In this document: positions 48,694 through 62,350 of the stretch, piece by piece
How the letters are laid out: each line of letters begins with the position of its first letter
Numbering within the stretch: the first letter of the stretch is position 1
Source of the DNA: Nemertoderma westbladi
Lineage: Eukaryota > Animalia > Xenacoelomorpha
Assembly (NCBI GenBank): GCA_032718475.1
Contig: JAUCBJ010000423.1
Span: 7,123-71,122, forward strand
DNA length: 64,000 nucleotides
Direction of reading: 5' to 3'
The notes under the pieces: model-generated
The model's input: only the letters and a program-made list of their open reading frames with translations
Told to the model about the DNA's origin: nothing
Database searches by the model: none
Program-made: the position numbers and the translations under genes

Positions 48694-50829
48694 TGATGGA
48701 TTATTTCACTATAAGGTAGCATTTGTAGCTTAACGTAAAAACTTTCTAAAATCCGACGCATTTTGATTAAATTACAGTAATGTAATATGCCTATTCATAT
48801 TGATACACATAAACACATAGGTAACACTATTGGCGCAGTGGTCAGATGGTTAAGGCGTTGGTTGCATTACAAATAGGTTACGAGTTCGAATCCCGGTCAG
48901 GAAATTTGCATTTTCGGGCTATATATTTTCACTTTGATCTAATTACATAAGCCAATGAGGTGCGTACAATGTATGGAATGATGAGTTGGGCCAATCATAG
49001 GGCATAGAACATCTTATTGCTCCAATGTGAGGCCATGGAATACTCTGGAAGGTTCTAGCGGATTCTATGTCCCAGATTTGCTATATAAGGGCCGGTTAGC
49101 CTTCGGTTATCACTAGTTAATCTTCACTTGTTATTCTTACCTATCCTTTCACTTACTGTGTACTATAGTTATCACCATTCTTTAAAATTAATTGTTAGTA
49201 AATTTGGTTGATAAATCTTTGTAAAATTACGTAAATATACTGTAAACTTTTGAACATGTATATTTCTATTTGTCCACTATTGGGACAGCCAAGCATTTGG
49301 AGGATGGCTGCCTAAACCATTAGGCCGTCAGCAACGCAGGGAAAGATGTCCACAACACGCTAAGCGCCCACGTTAGATTTGCCCGCGCGCCCGTTCGAAG
49401 CATGCCCCCTTGCCATACAGTGCCCACTTCACAGGAAGGTAAGACTTTGTTTGACGCCCTTGCCCGCAGTAAGACCTATAGATCAGGGTAAGCGTGACGC
49501 CGTCCTGGGACGCCATAAAATTTAGGATTGAATATTTTAGACTTAGACAGGAGCAAACAAGCAAAATCCCCGGATTAACCTGTATCTCCTACAGGTGTGA
49601 ACTATTGCTGTTTGTCAGTACGCGCAAGTACACTTTAGGTGCAGACAGCACAAGTTCCATAATTTGGTGATTTGCAGTACTGACAGCTCTGTACCGGTTC
49701 ACTTTGTAGTTTATACATTTGCCTGCCCCTGTCTGAGCCCGAAATATTTGATCAGGCAAGGAGCAGCTTTCTGCTACCGGCTCATGCTTGGCCTAGGGAG
49801 GTTACTAATATCCTACCGCGCCTTGCCACGTACTGATAGGTATTGCTGCTAACCACCGCGGCAACAAAATTTTAGAATCAAATTGTATACCCGATCAGCT
49901 AACGTACAGTAGCAATTAACCCCTATTTCTTATCTTACAACCAGAATCTGGTATTTGTGCCGATCACGGGTGTAGTTACTAACACCGTAATTGCCCGGTT
50001 GAGTTGTGGATAGGAAGGAGAGAGCTTTGACGTCATTTTGTAAGTATAAAGCCCTACAGAGCGCGACTAGCTTATTTTAGTAGCTAGCGCCCCTTATTGT
50101 TTTGGTCCGAAATCACTGAAACCTAGTACAATGGCGATACACCAAAATTGTTTTATTCGTACAGTAACACGCACACACGTCCTAAAACATATATACTCCC
50201 CTTCGAGACCTGCTAGCTACTAGATTACTTTAGGTTACTTTCAATAGGATTTATTCTGCAGTTTTACCATTCATATTTGTAATTTTAGGAGATATTTAGT
50301 ATTTAGTTTTACGGCAAGTATTTTAGATGGCATGCACCCTTTTGACTGCTTTGCCCCTGTCAGCAGTATTGTTACTTTAGGTACTACCCCCTTTTGACTG
50401 CTACCGCTTGTTAGTAGTATTGTTACGCTAGTCTGTTAATCCACTAGCTTGTATATAAACCATATAAATCACACCGCGGCAAGTTTACAGTATTTAGGTC
50501 CGTTAGCGATAGTTAGGATTCGCTGCGCGGGGACTGTTTTCCCGTGAGTTTGGTCTGTCACTGTAGACTGTACATCTGCCTCACCGGTTAGAGGCCGGGT
50601 ATCCTGTTTTGTCTAGTTCGCCCGGGCATTTGACTCGCCCACGTATTAGAATAGACACCAGGCTTCGTTCCTCGTCAGTAGTAGTTCTCATATTCAGTAT
50701 CGGTTTATTTAGACACCCTGGACTGGGATTTATTGTCAGATACTGTACGAGCCCGTATACACCACTAGATCTTACAGTAAGGTACATCGTTACTAGGATC
50801 CGGTAGGCAGTATACTACTGGACTTTTCA
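48694..50829 (+). repeat. BEL-C 3' LTR, 2136 bp
   Basis: TGATGGATT...GACTTTTCA, followed by the TSD. Confidence 0.95.
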
Positions 50830-50967
50830 TTATACAATAATAATTAAGTGCCCCAATTAATTGATTGGCGGTGAAAGAAAGTGCAATATATAATAGCACC
50901 TGTCACATAATAACTTTGTCACAGGTGATACATATCATTTCCTGAGTCAAGCGATAATCTTTATTAC

Positions 50968-53900
50968 TACTACTACTAGGTCGAGCGAACTCGGACAGTG
51001 GAAATGAGATCCTTCCAGGCTTCCCAATTCTCCATAGTTGTCGCAATTTCGTTTCTCCCAAGTTCAGTATCCCTTTCAAGTTGATCTATATATGTTATGG
51101 CAGGTCGTCCACGACTACGCTTTCCATGTGTTGGTTGCCAGAAAAGTAGATCTGGTATGACCTCGTCTTTACTTCGCCAGCAGTGCCCACTGAATCTTAA
51201 TCTGCGTTCATGGAGGGTGGTTGATACAGGTGGTATTGTACCATAAAGCTCGGCGTTTGTCATGTGTTGTCTCCAGCTGATGTTTAGGGCTGCCCTTAGT
51301 AGTCTTGTGTAGCAACCATCAATTCGTTGTTCAAGTGATTTAGTCAGTGTCCAGGTCTCACCCCCGTATAAAAATACACTTTCCACTGTGGCTCGAAAGA
51401 ACTTGGTCTTCAGGTGCCTGGAGAGATCTGATTTCCAGATGATATCCATTTTTGATAGAGCTACCCAAGCCTTTGCTTTCCTAACTTCTATGTCCTTTTT
51501 GCTACTCTCTATCCATGATCCAAGGTACTGGAAGTCGTCGACCTTCCTTAGTTGAGTATTATCAATGGTTGTCAAGTTTCCATCAACATTAAAGGTCATG
51601 AATTCGGTCTTGGTAGCATTTATATGCAATCCAACCTCCTTAGCAGCCCTCTCCACTTTATTTAGTAGAAGCTGTGCATCTGCTAGCGTATTAGAGAGCA
51701 GGGCGATGTCATCCGCAAAGTCGGTGTCTGTGACTGTAGTTGCCGGATATCTACTACTTCTGCGTTCTTGAAGTGTGAATCCCAGATCTTCACCCTTTGT
51801 GGCCGTCCTCATTGCGTAATCCAGCACAATTACAAATAGTAATGGTGCTAATGTGTCACCTTGCAGTACGCCAGCCAGGATTGAGAAAAACTCAGTTTTA
51901 CCATCTGGTGAGAGTACCTGCGCTTCTGTGTCACAATATAACAATCCAATGCCAGCAACAATTACTTCTGGTATTCCATAAGCTCTTAGGATTTCAAGCA
52001 TTTTACCTCTATGGATGGAGTCGAATGCCTTCTTGAAGTCCACAAAAGTCATGACTGCGGGGAGATTCTTTGACTTAATTCCTTCAATCAGTCTCCGTAG
52101 TCTCTGTATCTGAGCTATTGTTGATCTACTTGGTCGAAATCCGTTTTGGCTCTTACGCAGTAGTTTTTCTACGTGAGGCCTAATCCTATATAGAATCATT
52201 TTATTGTATATTTTGGCAGCTACCACAAGCAGACAGATCCCACGATAGTTTGTTGGTATGCCGAGGTCTCCTTTCTTGGGGAGAGGCTTTAGTTGACCTT
52301 TAGTCCAAATTGGTGGTGGCTTTTCCCCTTTTAACATCCGGTTGCAAACATTCAATAATGGTCTATTTAGCACTCCGGTTTTCCATACCTCCGCTGGGAT
52401 TTCATCTAATCCACTCGCTTTTATTATTGGACATGCTTTTAATGCTTCTTTGGAGTTCGGCAGGTGTGAAGTCCCCTGTTTCTATAGGTAATGTCTTGTC
52501 ATATATTTTCCTTGTAGGGCTGACCTCGATGTTTGGTGGCTGCCCAAGCAAGTTGCTGAAGTGATTTTTCCACTTCCCAACACGTTCTTCAGGACTATCG
52601 GCTTTGAGGCGCCCCTTTGCACAACTTTTCCGACCAGATACCTCATTTACAGTTTGCCAGGTAAGTCTTGATTGTTGCTGTATGTGAGCAGTTGTAATTG
52701 TTTCAGTTTTATCCTGTATGTACTTTTCCTGGCTGATGTTGTAGGCCAATTTAAGATCGTCCTTAGCTTTCTCAACCTTGTTAATGTTTTCGGTTGTTGG
52801 TTGTTCGGTTTTAAATTTGTAGGCTATCTTAAGATCTTCTCTCTTACAAGTAACCTCAGAGTTTTGCCATGGCATATACTGTTTTTGTTTAGGTTTCTGG
52901 GGGATATGCCTCTTAGCTGATTCCTTGTGGGCTGTTATTATATTTTGGTATATTGAATCGGTGGATTGGTCTTCATCCATTGACTGAAGTGCTTCAAAGC
53001 GGTTTTGAACTTCTACTGTATAAGCATCCTTTACAGCATTGTCAGTTCTGAGTTTCTCCCAGTCATAGTTGATTTGCTTGCTTGTCCTGGGTTTGCTGGC
53101 TCTCAAACTGAGTCTGATCTCTGCAGTCACAATTCTGTGGTCCGAACCAATTAGGTTGAACGAGCTGTATGCCTCGCAGTTGATCATGCTATTTCTCCAC
53201 TTTTTGTTTATAAGGATGTAATCCAGTTGTGCTTTGGTTCCATTAGGGTATTGAAAGGTCCATAGCTTCCCCTTACTCTTTTCGAATGTGTTGTTTGTTG
53301 GTATCAATAATAATAAGTCCTTAATAAGTCCAGTCAGTTCTTCATAAAACTTGACTGCTTGTTCTGGCTCTGATGCATTGGTTGGACTGTAGCAACATAT
53401 AACTGTTGTCTTGGGATTCCCATCAAATGTTGCGATCATAACCCTGGAATTTATAGATTCGATGTTGTTTAGGGTCTTAAGTGCAAATGGGCTTAGCAGA
53501 ATTCCTACTCCACCAATTGATGCATTGGCCGAGTTTCTTACTGCTGAGCTTGTTACTAACGTCCATCCATTTCCAATGTCATTGTACTTCATGGCAGTGT
53601 CTTCATGACAAATCCGATGTTCTTGGATGCAGATGATGTCGATGTTATATTCCATTGCCAGAGCGACCATGTCACCCTGTTTGCTCTGTGCTTTCAGCGT
53701 GCGTGCGTTCATTGTAGCAATCTTTAGTGTCTTTTTACATTTCAACAGGTTGGTTCTTCTTTCTTCTCTGTCTTCTGTTCCAGTAGCCAATTTATCGACC
53801 CCAGCCTGGTGTACCACTGAGGGACGCGGTCCTTGTTGACCCGGGCGACGACCGAGCCGGTATTTCTCCTGGAGGGTTCTCATACTCATATCTTTCAGTT

Positions 53901-54372
53901 GTGGGAGTAAACCGCTTGTGGTCGCAACTCCTACAAGCGTCTTCGCAGTAGGTCGCCATTGGTTGATTACCTTCCGCCGACCTTGTCAGCATGTCTAGCC
54001 GTTGGTTGATTACCTTCCGCCTATCCATGGCCTACAGCCCTGCTGCCGACTGTAGGGGTCCATTTGTTACACCCTGAACCAAGTGTGCCTCCTGGGTTAG
54101 GTTACCTAACACTGGTAGAGGAGCATCCAGTATAGACAGGGCGGGGCTTGTATCATCTCTAATGCAGATGCGTATCAAGCCTTTGCCTTCAATGGTGCCC
54201 TAGGCGCTATAGCCCTCAATGACTTATTTAGTTGACGGGGCTGAACCAACCCACTCTTGATCAACTAAATAATGAATAGGCTATGCTTATCAGGCCTGCC
54301 CTACTGGGCTGACAGCTACAGGTAGTACCACATTACTGCCATAGTGGTAGCAGGATCTGGGGACCTGACCTG
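50968..54372 (-). mobile_element. Apparently full-length RTE-clade LINE
   Basis: TSD AATCTTTATTAC at 50956-50967 and 54373-54384; (TAG)n tail directly after the stop; single EN-RT ORF. Confidence 0.92.
50976..53889 (-). pseudogene. RTE APE endonuclease-RT ORF with a +1 frameshift (~52420) and a deletion in the endonuclease
   Basis: IATMNARTL, ICIQEHR, QLDYILI, SDHRIV; NYRGICLL, FVDFKKAFDS, GVLQGDTLAP, FADD, FQYLGS. An extra A breaks NNKASGLDEIP, and the GDFNA motif is missing at ~53310. Confidence 0.9.
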
Positions 54373-55514
54373 AATCTTTATTACATGCACAATATTATAT
54401 GCAATTTAATTATTTTGATTACTACTTTTGTATTCCACCATTTGAAGTAATTAGAGGTTGATATAGAGAACAGCTGGAGTAGCGCATAGTCGACCATCCC
54501 AACTTTGTAGCCACTCGAGATACCTTTGTAAAGCGATCTGAAAGAGTCTCTGCAGGACTCGGCTCTACTATGCAATGCTAGACCTAGCTGCATATTGAAA
54601 TTGAGAAAGCGCAATCCAAGTAGAAGTGTTCCTACGCATTGACGTAGAGCAACAATTGTAATCGGCAGTAAACTGGATATATATCCCAGTGTTGAGTTGC
54701 TGACATAGGGACCAAGGTGTAGCAGACCCCATAGCAACGGTCATGGGAGTTTATAGCTCAAATATTAAAATGGAGGCTGTACGAAATATTGGAACTGCTA
54801 AAGCGCTCCAGGCTGAAGACCACTCTAGCAGGTAGCCTTGCAGTCTAAATCTGTGAATGAAACGTTCTTGAAAGGCAGGACATAATCCGTATTATATTCG
54901 ATGTTCTGATTAGAGATGGATTTGCTGTAGATCTTATACTCCAGGAATTTGAGGGCTGCACATCTGAAAACCAATGTACCCTGAATGTTAATGAAACGCG
55001 TTTTGTAATATGAGATTGCCGCTCCATTGACAACCATGCTGAGGATGATAAAATCATCTGAAAAATTATCACAGCCAGCCAAATTGGACCGATTTGACAT
55101 CCCAAACCGGTCTCCTGTAGTTTGGAATGGGTTGGAGATCAATTACACCATTAAATTTTAAGTATACAATGCTGCAGCTGACGTAGGCTAGTAGTGTTGA
55201 TGCAACATGGGGATTGACATCATAATCAAGCAGCCAATTGATATGGGTATCATATTCAACATTGTCGAATGCTGACTCAACATCCAGTTGACATAATTGA
55301 TAGACTATGGCTGGTGTCTGACTGTAATGTAATTTAAAGTAGTACTGTTACTGCAGTACTGGCCTACCGGTAAATTACTACACTACTATCATATCTTAAT
55401 AATTGTCATACTCATACTCGCCTAATCAGTATCTCTACAGAATTACTTCCACATAATTCAGTAATTAACTTAAGGATTAGCCCGCACTCGCTAACAGTCA
55501 GGGAATCCCGCACT

Positions 55515-56012
55515 ATGGCTTCTCCAAAAAAGGACATAGAGCACTTGGAAAACCTAATCTGCGATTTAGTCGAAGATATGAAGGAAGTAGTAGCCAAGCT
55601 CAACCGTCTGACGTGTGACTCGGCTGCTTTTCCTTCACTTAAGGAGGACAACCTAGCTTTAAAACTAGAAATAGAGGAGTTGAAACTTGACAAGGACGAC
55701 AACGAGCAATATAATCGGAGACATAACATCCTCTTTCACGGAGTGAAGGAGTCTGGTGGAGTGGACACCGATAGGGAAATTATTTTTAAGGTCCTCAAGA
55801 AAATGAATATTCCAACATCCTCAGTTGATGTTTTCCATCACCTAGGTCCTCCTAAAAACAACCCAAACAAATCGCGCCCAATCATAATCCGCTTTGTCAG
55901 GCACTCACAATGTCTCATGATGTTTAAAAATGCGAACAAGTTGCCTAAAGGTCAGAATGTAACTGATCACTTAACCCCGCTACGATCAGGTTTATTGCGA
56001 GCAGCTTTCTAA
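55515..56012 (+). CDS. LINE ORF1 (L1/CR1-type coiled coil + RRM), truncated
   Basis: Coiled coil then NEQYNRRHNILFHGVKE...HHLG...SRPIIIRF...VTDHLTP. Confidence 0.8.
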   Translation: MASPKKDIEHLENLICDLVEDMKEVVAKLNRLTCDSAAFPSLKEDNLALKLEIEELKLDKDDNEQYNRRHNILFHGVKESGGVDTDREIIFKVLKKMNIPTSSVDVFHHLGPPKNNPNKSRPIIIRFVRHSQCLMMFKNANKLPKGQNVTDHLTPLRSGLLRAAF

Positions 56013-56559
56013 GACATCCAAAAGTTCAAGAGCTTGCTGACAACCACTAGTAGCCCTCCATCGAATCCTAAATCAACTACGTCGAGTCATCGGGCCTCTC
56101 GATCCCGCTCGGATAAGGTCCATGTGGATCATCCTGGGGATTACAGCAATGATGGGAATACATCTCTCTCTTCTAACCCATATGTAGTCTTAACGCAACC
56201 ATTAACGCACCATTAACGCAACATTATTGTAGGTCTGTGGCTATATACAAGGGTTATCGTATATATTATATTTCTCTTTTCTTTACGTTCAGTACCTAAT
56301 GAGTCAGGTCGTTTGTTAGTTTTACTTCTATTTAGCTTATCTAAGTTTAGCAACCTAGCTTGAACCACCCAATCTCGTCGCCACCTTCAAGGCAGAACCG
56401 CCTAAGTCGATTTTTGAAGTTCTGAGATAATCGATAAAAACTGTTTATTTTTTAGAGAGATGCCTCAGTTTACTTGTTATTGTGTTTTTTGACAAATAAA
56501 TATATATAGAATTCATATAACTAAACTTTCTATTTAATTTAGAATCACCTTTGAAATAT

Positions 56560-56740
56560 ATTGCGGTTTTTTTGTAAAAATTCGGACTTATGGTGTTTTG
56601 CCAAAACAAGGGGGAACACCGTTTTCTGGTATTATCCCGTAACTATGCGATAGTTGCGGGGTATTGCCTAGAAAACAAGGTATCCTCAATTAGGCAAAAC
56701 ACCATAAGTCCGAAGTTTTACAAAAAACACGCAAAATATA
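56560..56740. repeat. Palindromic MITE-like hairpin
   Basis: TTTTGTAAAAATTCGGACTTATGGTGTTTTGCC ... GGCAAAACACCATAAGTCCGAAGTTTTACAAAA. Confidence 0.75.
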
Positions 56741-57327
56741 TAAAATAATAGCCAAGGCGTATCGTGCGTCCTCGTTATTTAGTGCGTAGTGCGCACGTAA
56801 TACATGTGCACATTTGTTATTAGCTAATAAGTGCTATCTAACATGTTAACTAGCACGTGACCAGGTGTTAGTATTACCTGTAAACGCTATAATAACAAAT
56901 AAACACATACAATACAGCTAACACACTTGCGCACATGTTGGAAATTTTTGAATTCAAAATTCTAAAGTGCTCCATAAATTTTTGATATTTTGGTATTAAT
57001 TGCTTCTAAAATAAGTACGGTATGATTCAAGCAAACGGAACTCTAAGTACAAAATATAGCCATGGGTGGTACTCTATAGTAAGAACAAAGCTACGTCATG
57101 ACGAATAATTAAAGACTGTTTTTTCTACAGTACGTGGCAACATTTTGAGCAACTCTATCAGCAACTTGGTGAGCTTGTCAGACGTCAGAGCATGTCAGAT
57201 GTAAACGCGAAGTTTGTTGCTGTAAAAGATGCCTCATATAACGGAGACTAAAAGTTAATGGTTACTCAAATTAAGTTGCTTGTTGCTGACCAAGTTATCC
57301 AAAACGTCCGGAACCCCATAGCAACGT

Positions 57328-58272
57328 GGACACAAACATTAAATGAAGGACAGATATTTATCAGCGCCACAAACATTAATGTGGGACAAACATTAATCAG
57401 TGGGACAAACATTAATGTGGGACACAAACATTAATGAGGGGCACAAACATTAATGAGGGACACAAACATTAATGAGCGACACAAACATTAATGAGGTACA
57501 CAAACATTAATGAGGTACACAAACATTAATGAGGGACACAAACATTAATGAGGTACACAAACATTAATGAGGTACATAAACATTAATGAGGGACACAAAC
57601 ATTAATGAGGGACACAAACATTAATGAGGTACACAAACATTAATAAGGGACACAAACATTAATGAGGTACACAAACATTAATGAGGTACACAAACATTAA
57701 TGAGGGACACAAACATTAATGAGGGACACAAATATTAATGAGGGACACAAACATTAATGAGGTACACAAACATTAATAAGGGACACAAACATTAATGAAG
57801 GACACAAACATTAATGAGGGACACAAACATTAATGAGGAACACAAACATTAATGAGGGACACAAACATTAATGAGGGACACAAACATTAATGAGGGACAC
57901 AAACATTAAACGAGGGACAGATATCAATCAAGGGCACAAACATTAATGAGGGACACAAACATTAATGAGGTACACAAACATTAATGAGGGACACAAACAT
58001 TAATGAGGTACACAAACATTAATGAGGGACACAAACATTAATGAGGGACACAAACATTACTGAGGGACACAAACATTAATGAGGGACACAAACATTAATG
58101 AGGGACACAAACATTAATAAGGTACACAAACATTAATGAGGGACACAAACATTAATGAGGGACACACATTAATAAGGGGCACAACATTAACGAGGGACAC
58201 AAACATTAATGAGGGACACAAACATTAAACGAGGGACAGATATCAATCAAGGGCACAAACATTAATCATGGG
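57328..58272 (+). repeat. 19-bp minisatellite GG(G/T)ACACAAACATTAATGA, ~48 copies
   Basis: Directly visible head-to-tail units, no spacers. Confidence 0.97.
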
Positions 58273-58917
58273 CACCATCATTCCATGCCATTCATGTTAT
58301 CCCCCATGGCACTTAGTATGATTCCATGTTACCACCCATACATACATACACACATACAATATATTACAGTATTACAATTCTCATTACTGTCAAGCGATAC
58401 AATAACAACAATAAATAATAACATATTAATCTGACCAAACCAATAATCTATGTTATTGCCAATTGAGGGGAAGGATCAGGTTACAGAGATGGTTTTTCTA
58501 ACCAAAACAATAAACGATGTTGTTACTAATAAGGGCAGGAGTAGGAGTAGGAGTAAAAAAATGATGAACATGAGGGGGAGACAGGAATGGGGGGGGGGGG
58601 GGGTGGGGGGGGGGTGGGGTAACATGAATGGTGGGGGTAGGAGGTAAATTGAAAATATGGGGGTACACCAGCCGGGGGGGGGGGGGGGGGGCGTAGCAGC
58701 AAAACAGGCAGCTGAACAACGTAACCGAACGTCGCTTTCAATTAATTTCCATCTAATTAGGTAGATGGAATGTATACAAAACGGCGGTACTTTGATCGAA
58801 GCTCACGTTCACATGGTAGTATTTTTTCAGTATATCAGTTAATCACTTAATATCTGATCGTCTGATGGCAAGCATCACCATAGCTCATATTAATATCCAT
58901 TGGCAAGCATTCACCCC

Positions 58918-59466
58918 TATTAATGTTTGTGCCCCTGATTAATGTGTGTCTCTCATTAATGTTTGTGTCCCTCATTCTGTCATTAATGATTGTATCCCTC
59001 ATTAATGTTTGTATCCCTCATTAATTCATTGTGTCCCTCATTAATGTTTGTGTCCCTCATTAATGTTTGTGCAAACCCGTATATTAATGATAAGTCCCTC
59101 ATTACTGTGTGTCCCTCATTAATGTTTGTGTCCCGCGCTATTGTTTCTGCCCCTTATTAAGGTGTGTCCCTCATTACAGGTTGTTATGTGTCCCTCGATT
59201 TAAGGGGTTTGTGCCCCTTATTAATGTGTGGCCCTCGTTAATGTTCGTGTCCCTTGAATTTACGTTTGTGTACCTCATTAATGCAAGTCCCTCATTAATG
59301 TGTGTCCCTCATTCATGTTTGAGTACCTCATTAATGTTTGTGTCCCTCATTAATGTGTGTCCCTCAGTAATGTTGGTGTCCTTCATTAATGTTTGTCTCC
59401 CGGATTACTGTGTGTCCCTCATTAATGCTTGTGTCCCTCGTATAATGTTTCTGCCCCTTATTAATG
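58918..59466 (-). repeat. Inverted, more degenerate array of the same 19-bp unit
   Basis: TCATTAATGTTTGTGTCCC variants. Confidence 0.92.
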
Positions 59467-61061
59467 GCTGGTAGAAAAGCTTCGGGGTTCTGCCAGACGA
59501 AAAAGCCGATATCGAATTACCCAAAAAGTCAAAAACATGAAAATCGAAAAAAATCGACTTAGGGGGTTCTGCCTTGAAGGTGACGTCGTAAGCAAATAAG
59601 CATGACTAAATGATTTTAGCGACAGTAGAACATCCCATATAAAGATAAATACTGTCCTCATGTCAAGTTATTAACGGTCTTTAAGTTTAGAGCTTAGGCT
59701 GTAATAACCACGAGTCAATTAAACCTGTCCGGGGATCAGTGCCTCTGCATGGGCTATGCGACTTCTTCTGTCCAACAATAACAAAAAGAGTGAATCAACC
59801 ACAGAACTAATGTACTTACCGGTCTATATCAGCTAATCAGTAAGCAGCATAGCCAATAAGGTGGATCCCTATACAAGTCGTGCATGAACCTGTAATACTA
59901 GCGTGGATTGATTTTTGCGTTTAGATAATGGCACTAGGATGGCTTCAAAACCCTCAACAAAGACTTTTCCAACTTGATTATTATTTGCCATTATTATATC
60001 GTCACTGACTCTATCAATATAAACTGGCTGGTTTTGAGCTTAACATTAGTAAACTAGGTGAATCTTAAAGGCTGAGTTCACCTCTGCAGCTACACTGATG
60101 ATGCTGATATTTTTGAGCTCTTCGTCTTGGAAGTTTCGTGCCTCGATCTGTGGCGGTATGGATATCCTACATCAGACTTTCTGCAACTTAGACCCCGATT
60201 ATAATATATGCAATTTATTCTATTACCAAAGATCATTGCCTAGTCTGCCATTAGCACGGCAGGATACGGCCAATTTATTGCTCATATTAATATTAACGCT
60301 ATACACCTTCATCATCGTTCATTTCACTTTCATTGGCGTTGTCTTCTCTCACTAACCTACCCCCCACACCCCACTCCCCCCCCCCCCCCCCATCTACGTT
60401 CCATATTCTTCCTTTCTCAGATACGTTTATTCGCCCTGACGGCGTCTTAACTCGGCATTCTACTCTTATAGCTCTCCTAGATGATCGCCAGTCCCATGGC
60501 TTGAATTAACCGAACCTGCTAAGTCTGACGTAGCTAATAGCGGGTGATATAAATATCGACCTGTTGAAAAATCCCCCTAAAGCTACTCAATATAATAACA
60601 CACTTAACTCGTACGGTTTCATCCAACTGATTAATAAACCTACCCGAGTGACACCTTGGTCTAAATCCCTAATAGACCATGTTATTACCAATATTACAAC
60701 ATCTTTTTCATCATCTGGTGTATTTGAACTTTTACTTTTGCTCAACTGACCACTACCCAACATTTGCAATCTTTCAAAATACCTCCTGATTTTTTAATAA
60801 ACCCAAAGAAAAATTGGTTTATGACTATTCTAAATATAACCAGATTAACTTTATTAAGGAAATTAACTCCCCAAGCTCATGGACATATAATGGGCCCACA
60901 ATCACAAACAATGAAAAATTTGATGTTTTTTATTCTGACTTAAACCGCAGTTGCTCGAATCATATAACCCAAAAATCTATCCCACCCTGAAAAATTCCTC
61001 TTAAGCCTTGGATGACCATAAACTATACCGAAATTACATAAATATGTAAATTTACATACAT

Positions 61062-61560
61062 CAACAGACCCGTCAATTCCATCCTTGAACAAAGCGTCCA
61101 CGTGAAGAAGTCGCACTACAGCGCAGTCACTGAGACAAGGAGGATCTCATTCACGCCCCTTGTAGGAACCACAGACGGGGTCTGGTGCAAGGAGGCTGAA
61201 ATATTCATCCAGCACCTTGCTGAGACTCTGGTCGCCAGACGTGAGGGAATGCGTACGCGAGGGATGGCCATGGTGATGGGGGGGGGGGGGGGGGGTGTCC
61301 GCAGGCGTCTACAGTTCGCCTTATTGCGTTACAATTCACTGTGTCTCCGAGGGGGTCGCAGACTTGGAGAGGACTCGGGTTTGGGGATAGGGCCGGCCTT
61401 CGGGGTGTAGACCTCCCAAGCGCATACTAACTGAAATTTTAGTAGTAAATAGGAATTAATACTTTTCAATAGTGCTTATTTCTTTTGATTACTTTACTTT
61501 ATTATTTCATAATTTATAGACTAATTTACATAAATAAACCAAGTGAGCAAAGTAAAATAA
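61062..61560 (+). mobile_element. 5'-truncated RLE-type (CRE/HERO-like) LINE 3' end nested in the CR1/L2 remnant
   Basis: KKSHY...FTPLVGTTDG...RLQFALLR..SLCLRGGR, homologous to the 63291-63923 C-terminus; AT-rich 3' UTR. Confidence 0.7.
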
Positions 61561-62350
61561 AATTATCTCAATATAGAAATAAATTAACGTCAGTATTGCG
61601 TGCAGCGCAACAATCATACTAATAATATATACGGCCAATACTCAACTCAGTTTCAGACCAATGCAAAAACACAATGCACCTAAGAAATTGTTTATTCGTA
61701 CTGGAGACGCTACCGAGTCCATTACAGACCCATCTCAAATAGCTACGTCATTAAATAGGCACTTCGCATCCATTGGTCCAAAATTAGCATCTGAAATCCC
61801 ACAATCAAGGCGGTCACCAACACAATACATTCATAATACTCGCCCCAACTCCTTCTCGCTGGTAGAAACTTCCCCAGTATAAGTCCAGTATCATCAACTA
61901 AATCTAAACCCTAAACCCTACCTCTTCTACTAACGACCCTTTTCCAACTAAACTCCTGAAAACTGCGGCTGAAGCCATATCTATCCATCTATGCTATCTT
62001 ATTAACCTATCCATCACTCGGGGTTTCTTTCCTAATTCTCTCAAAATTGAAGTCAGTCCCTTTTACAGAGGCGGAGAACCGCGTGATTCTAATAACTACA
62101 GGCCCATCTCTCTACTCCCAGTATTACCTAATGAAATAATAATAAATTCTCAATTGTTATCACACTTATCTAAATATATAACATTCTAAGCAAAGCTAAA
62201 TTTGGGTTCTGCGCTAAAACATCAACTACTCATGCTTTACTTACTGTAATAGAAAAAATTCGCCAAGTTCTAGACCAAAAGAACTCTACTTGTACTATTT
62301 ACATAGATCTAAAAAAGCTTTTGATACACTCAACCACAAAATACTAATAT

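Larger units (their letters stand above)
34810..50829 (+). mobile_element. BEL-C: full-length but decayed BEL/Pao LTR retrotransposon
   Basis: TG...CA LTRs; 5-bp TSD TTATA at 34805-34809 and 50830-50834; PPT ATGGAGAGG before 48694; fragmented gag-pol. Confidence 0.96.
56382..59582. mobile_element. Non-coding foldback-type TIR element with inverted minisatellite arrays
   Basis: TIR CACCTTCAAGGCAGAACC(G/C)CCTAAGTCGATTTTT at 56382 and inverted ending at 59582; CGTCG direct repeat 1 nt outside each end; superfamily not assignable. Confidence 0.7.

Noticed and set aside
57328-58272. CRISPR-like array
   Set aside because: Units are head-to-tail with no unique spacers, no cas genes are present, and the context is eukaryotic; it is a minisatellite.
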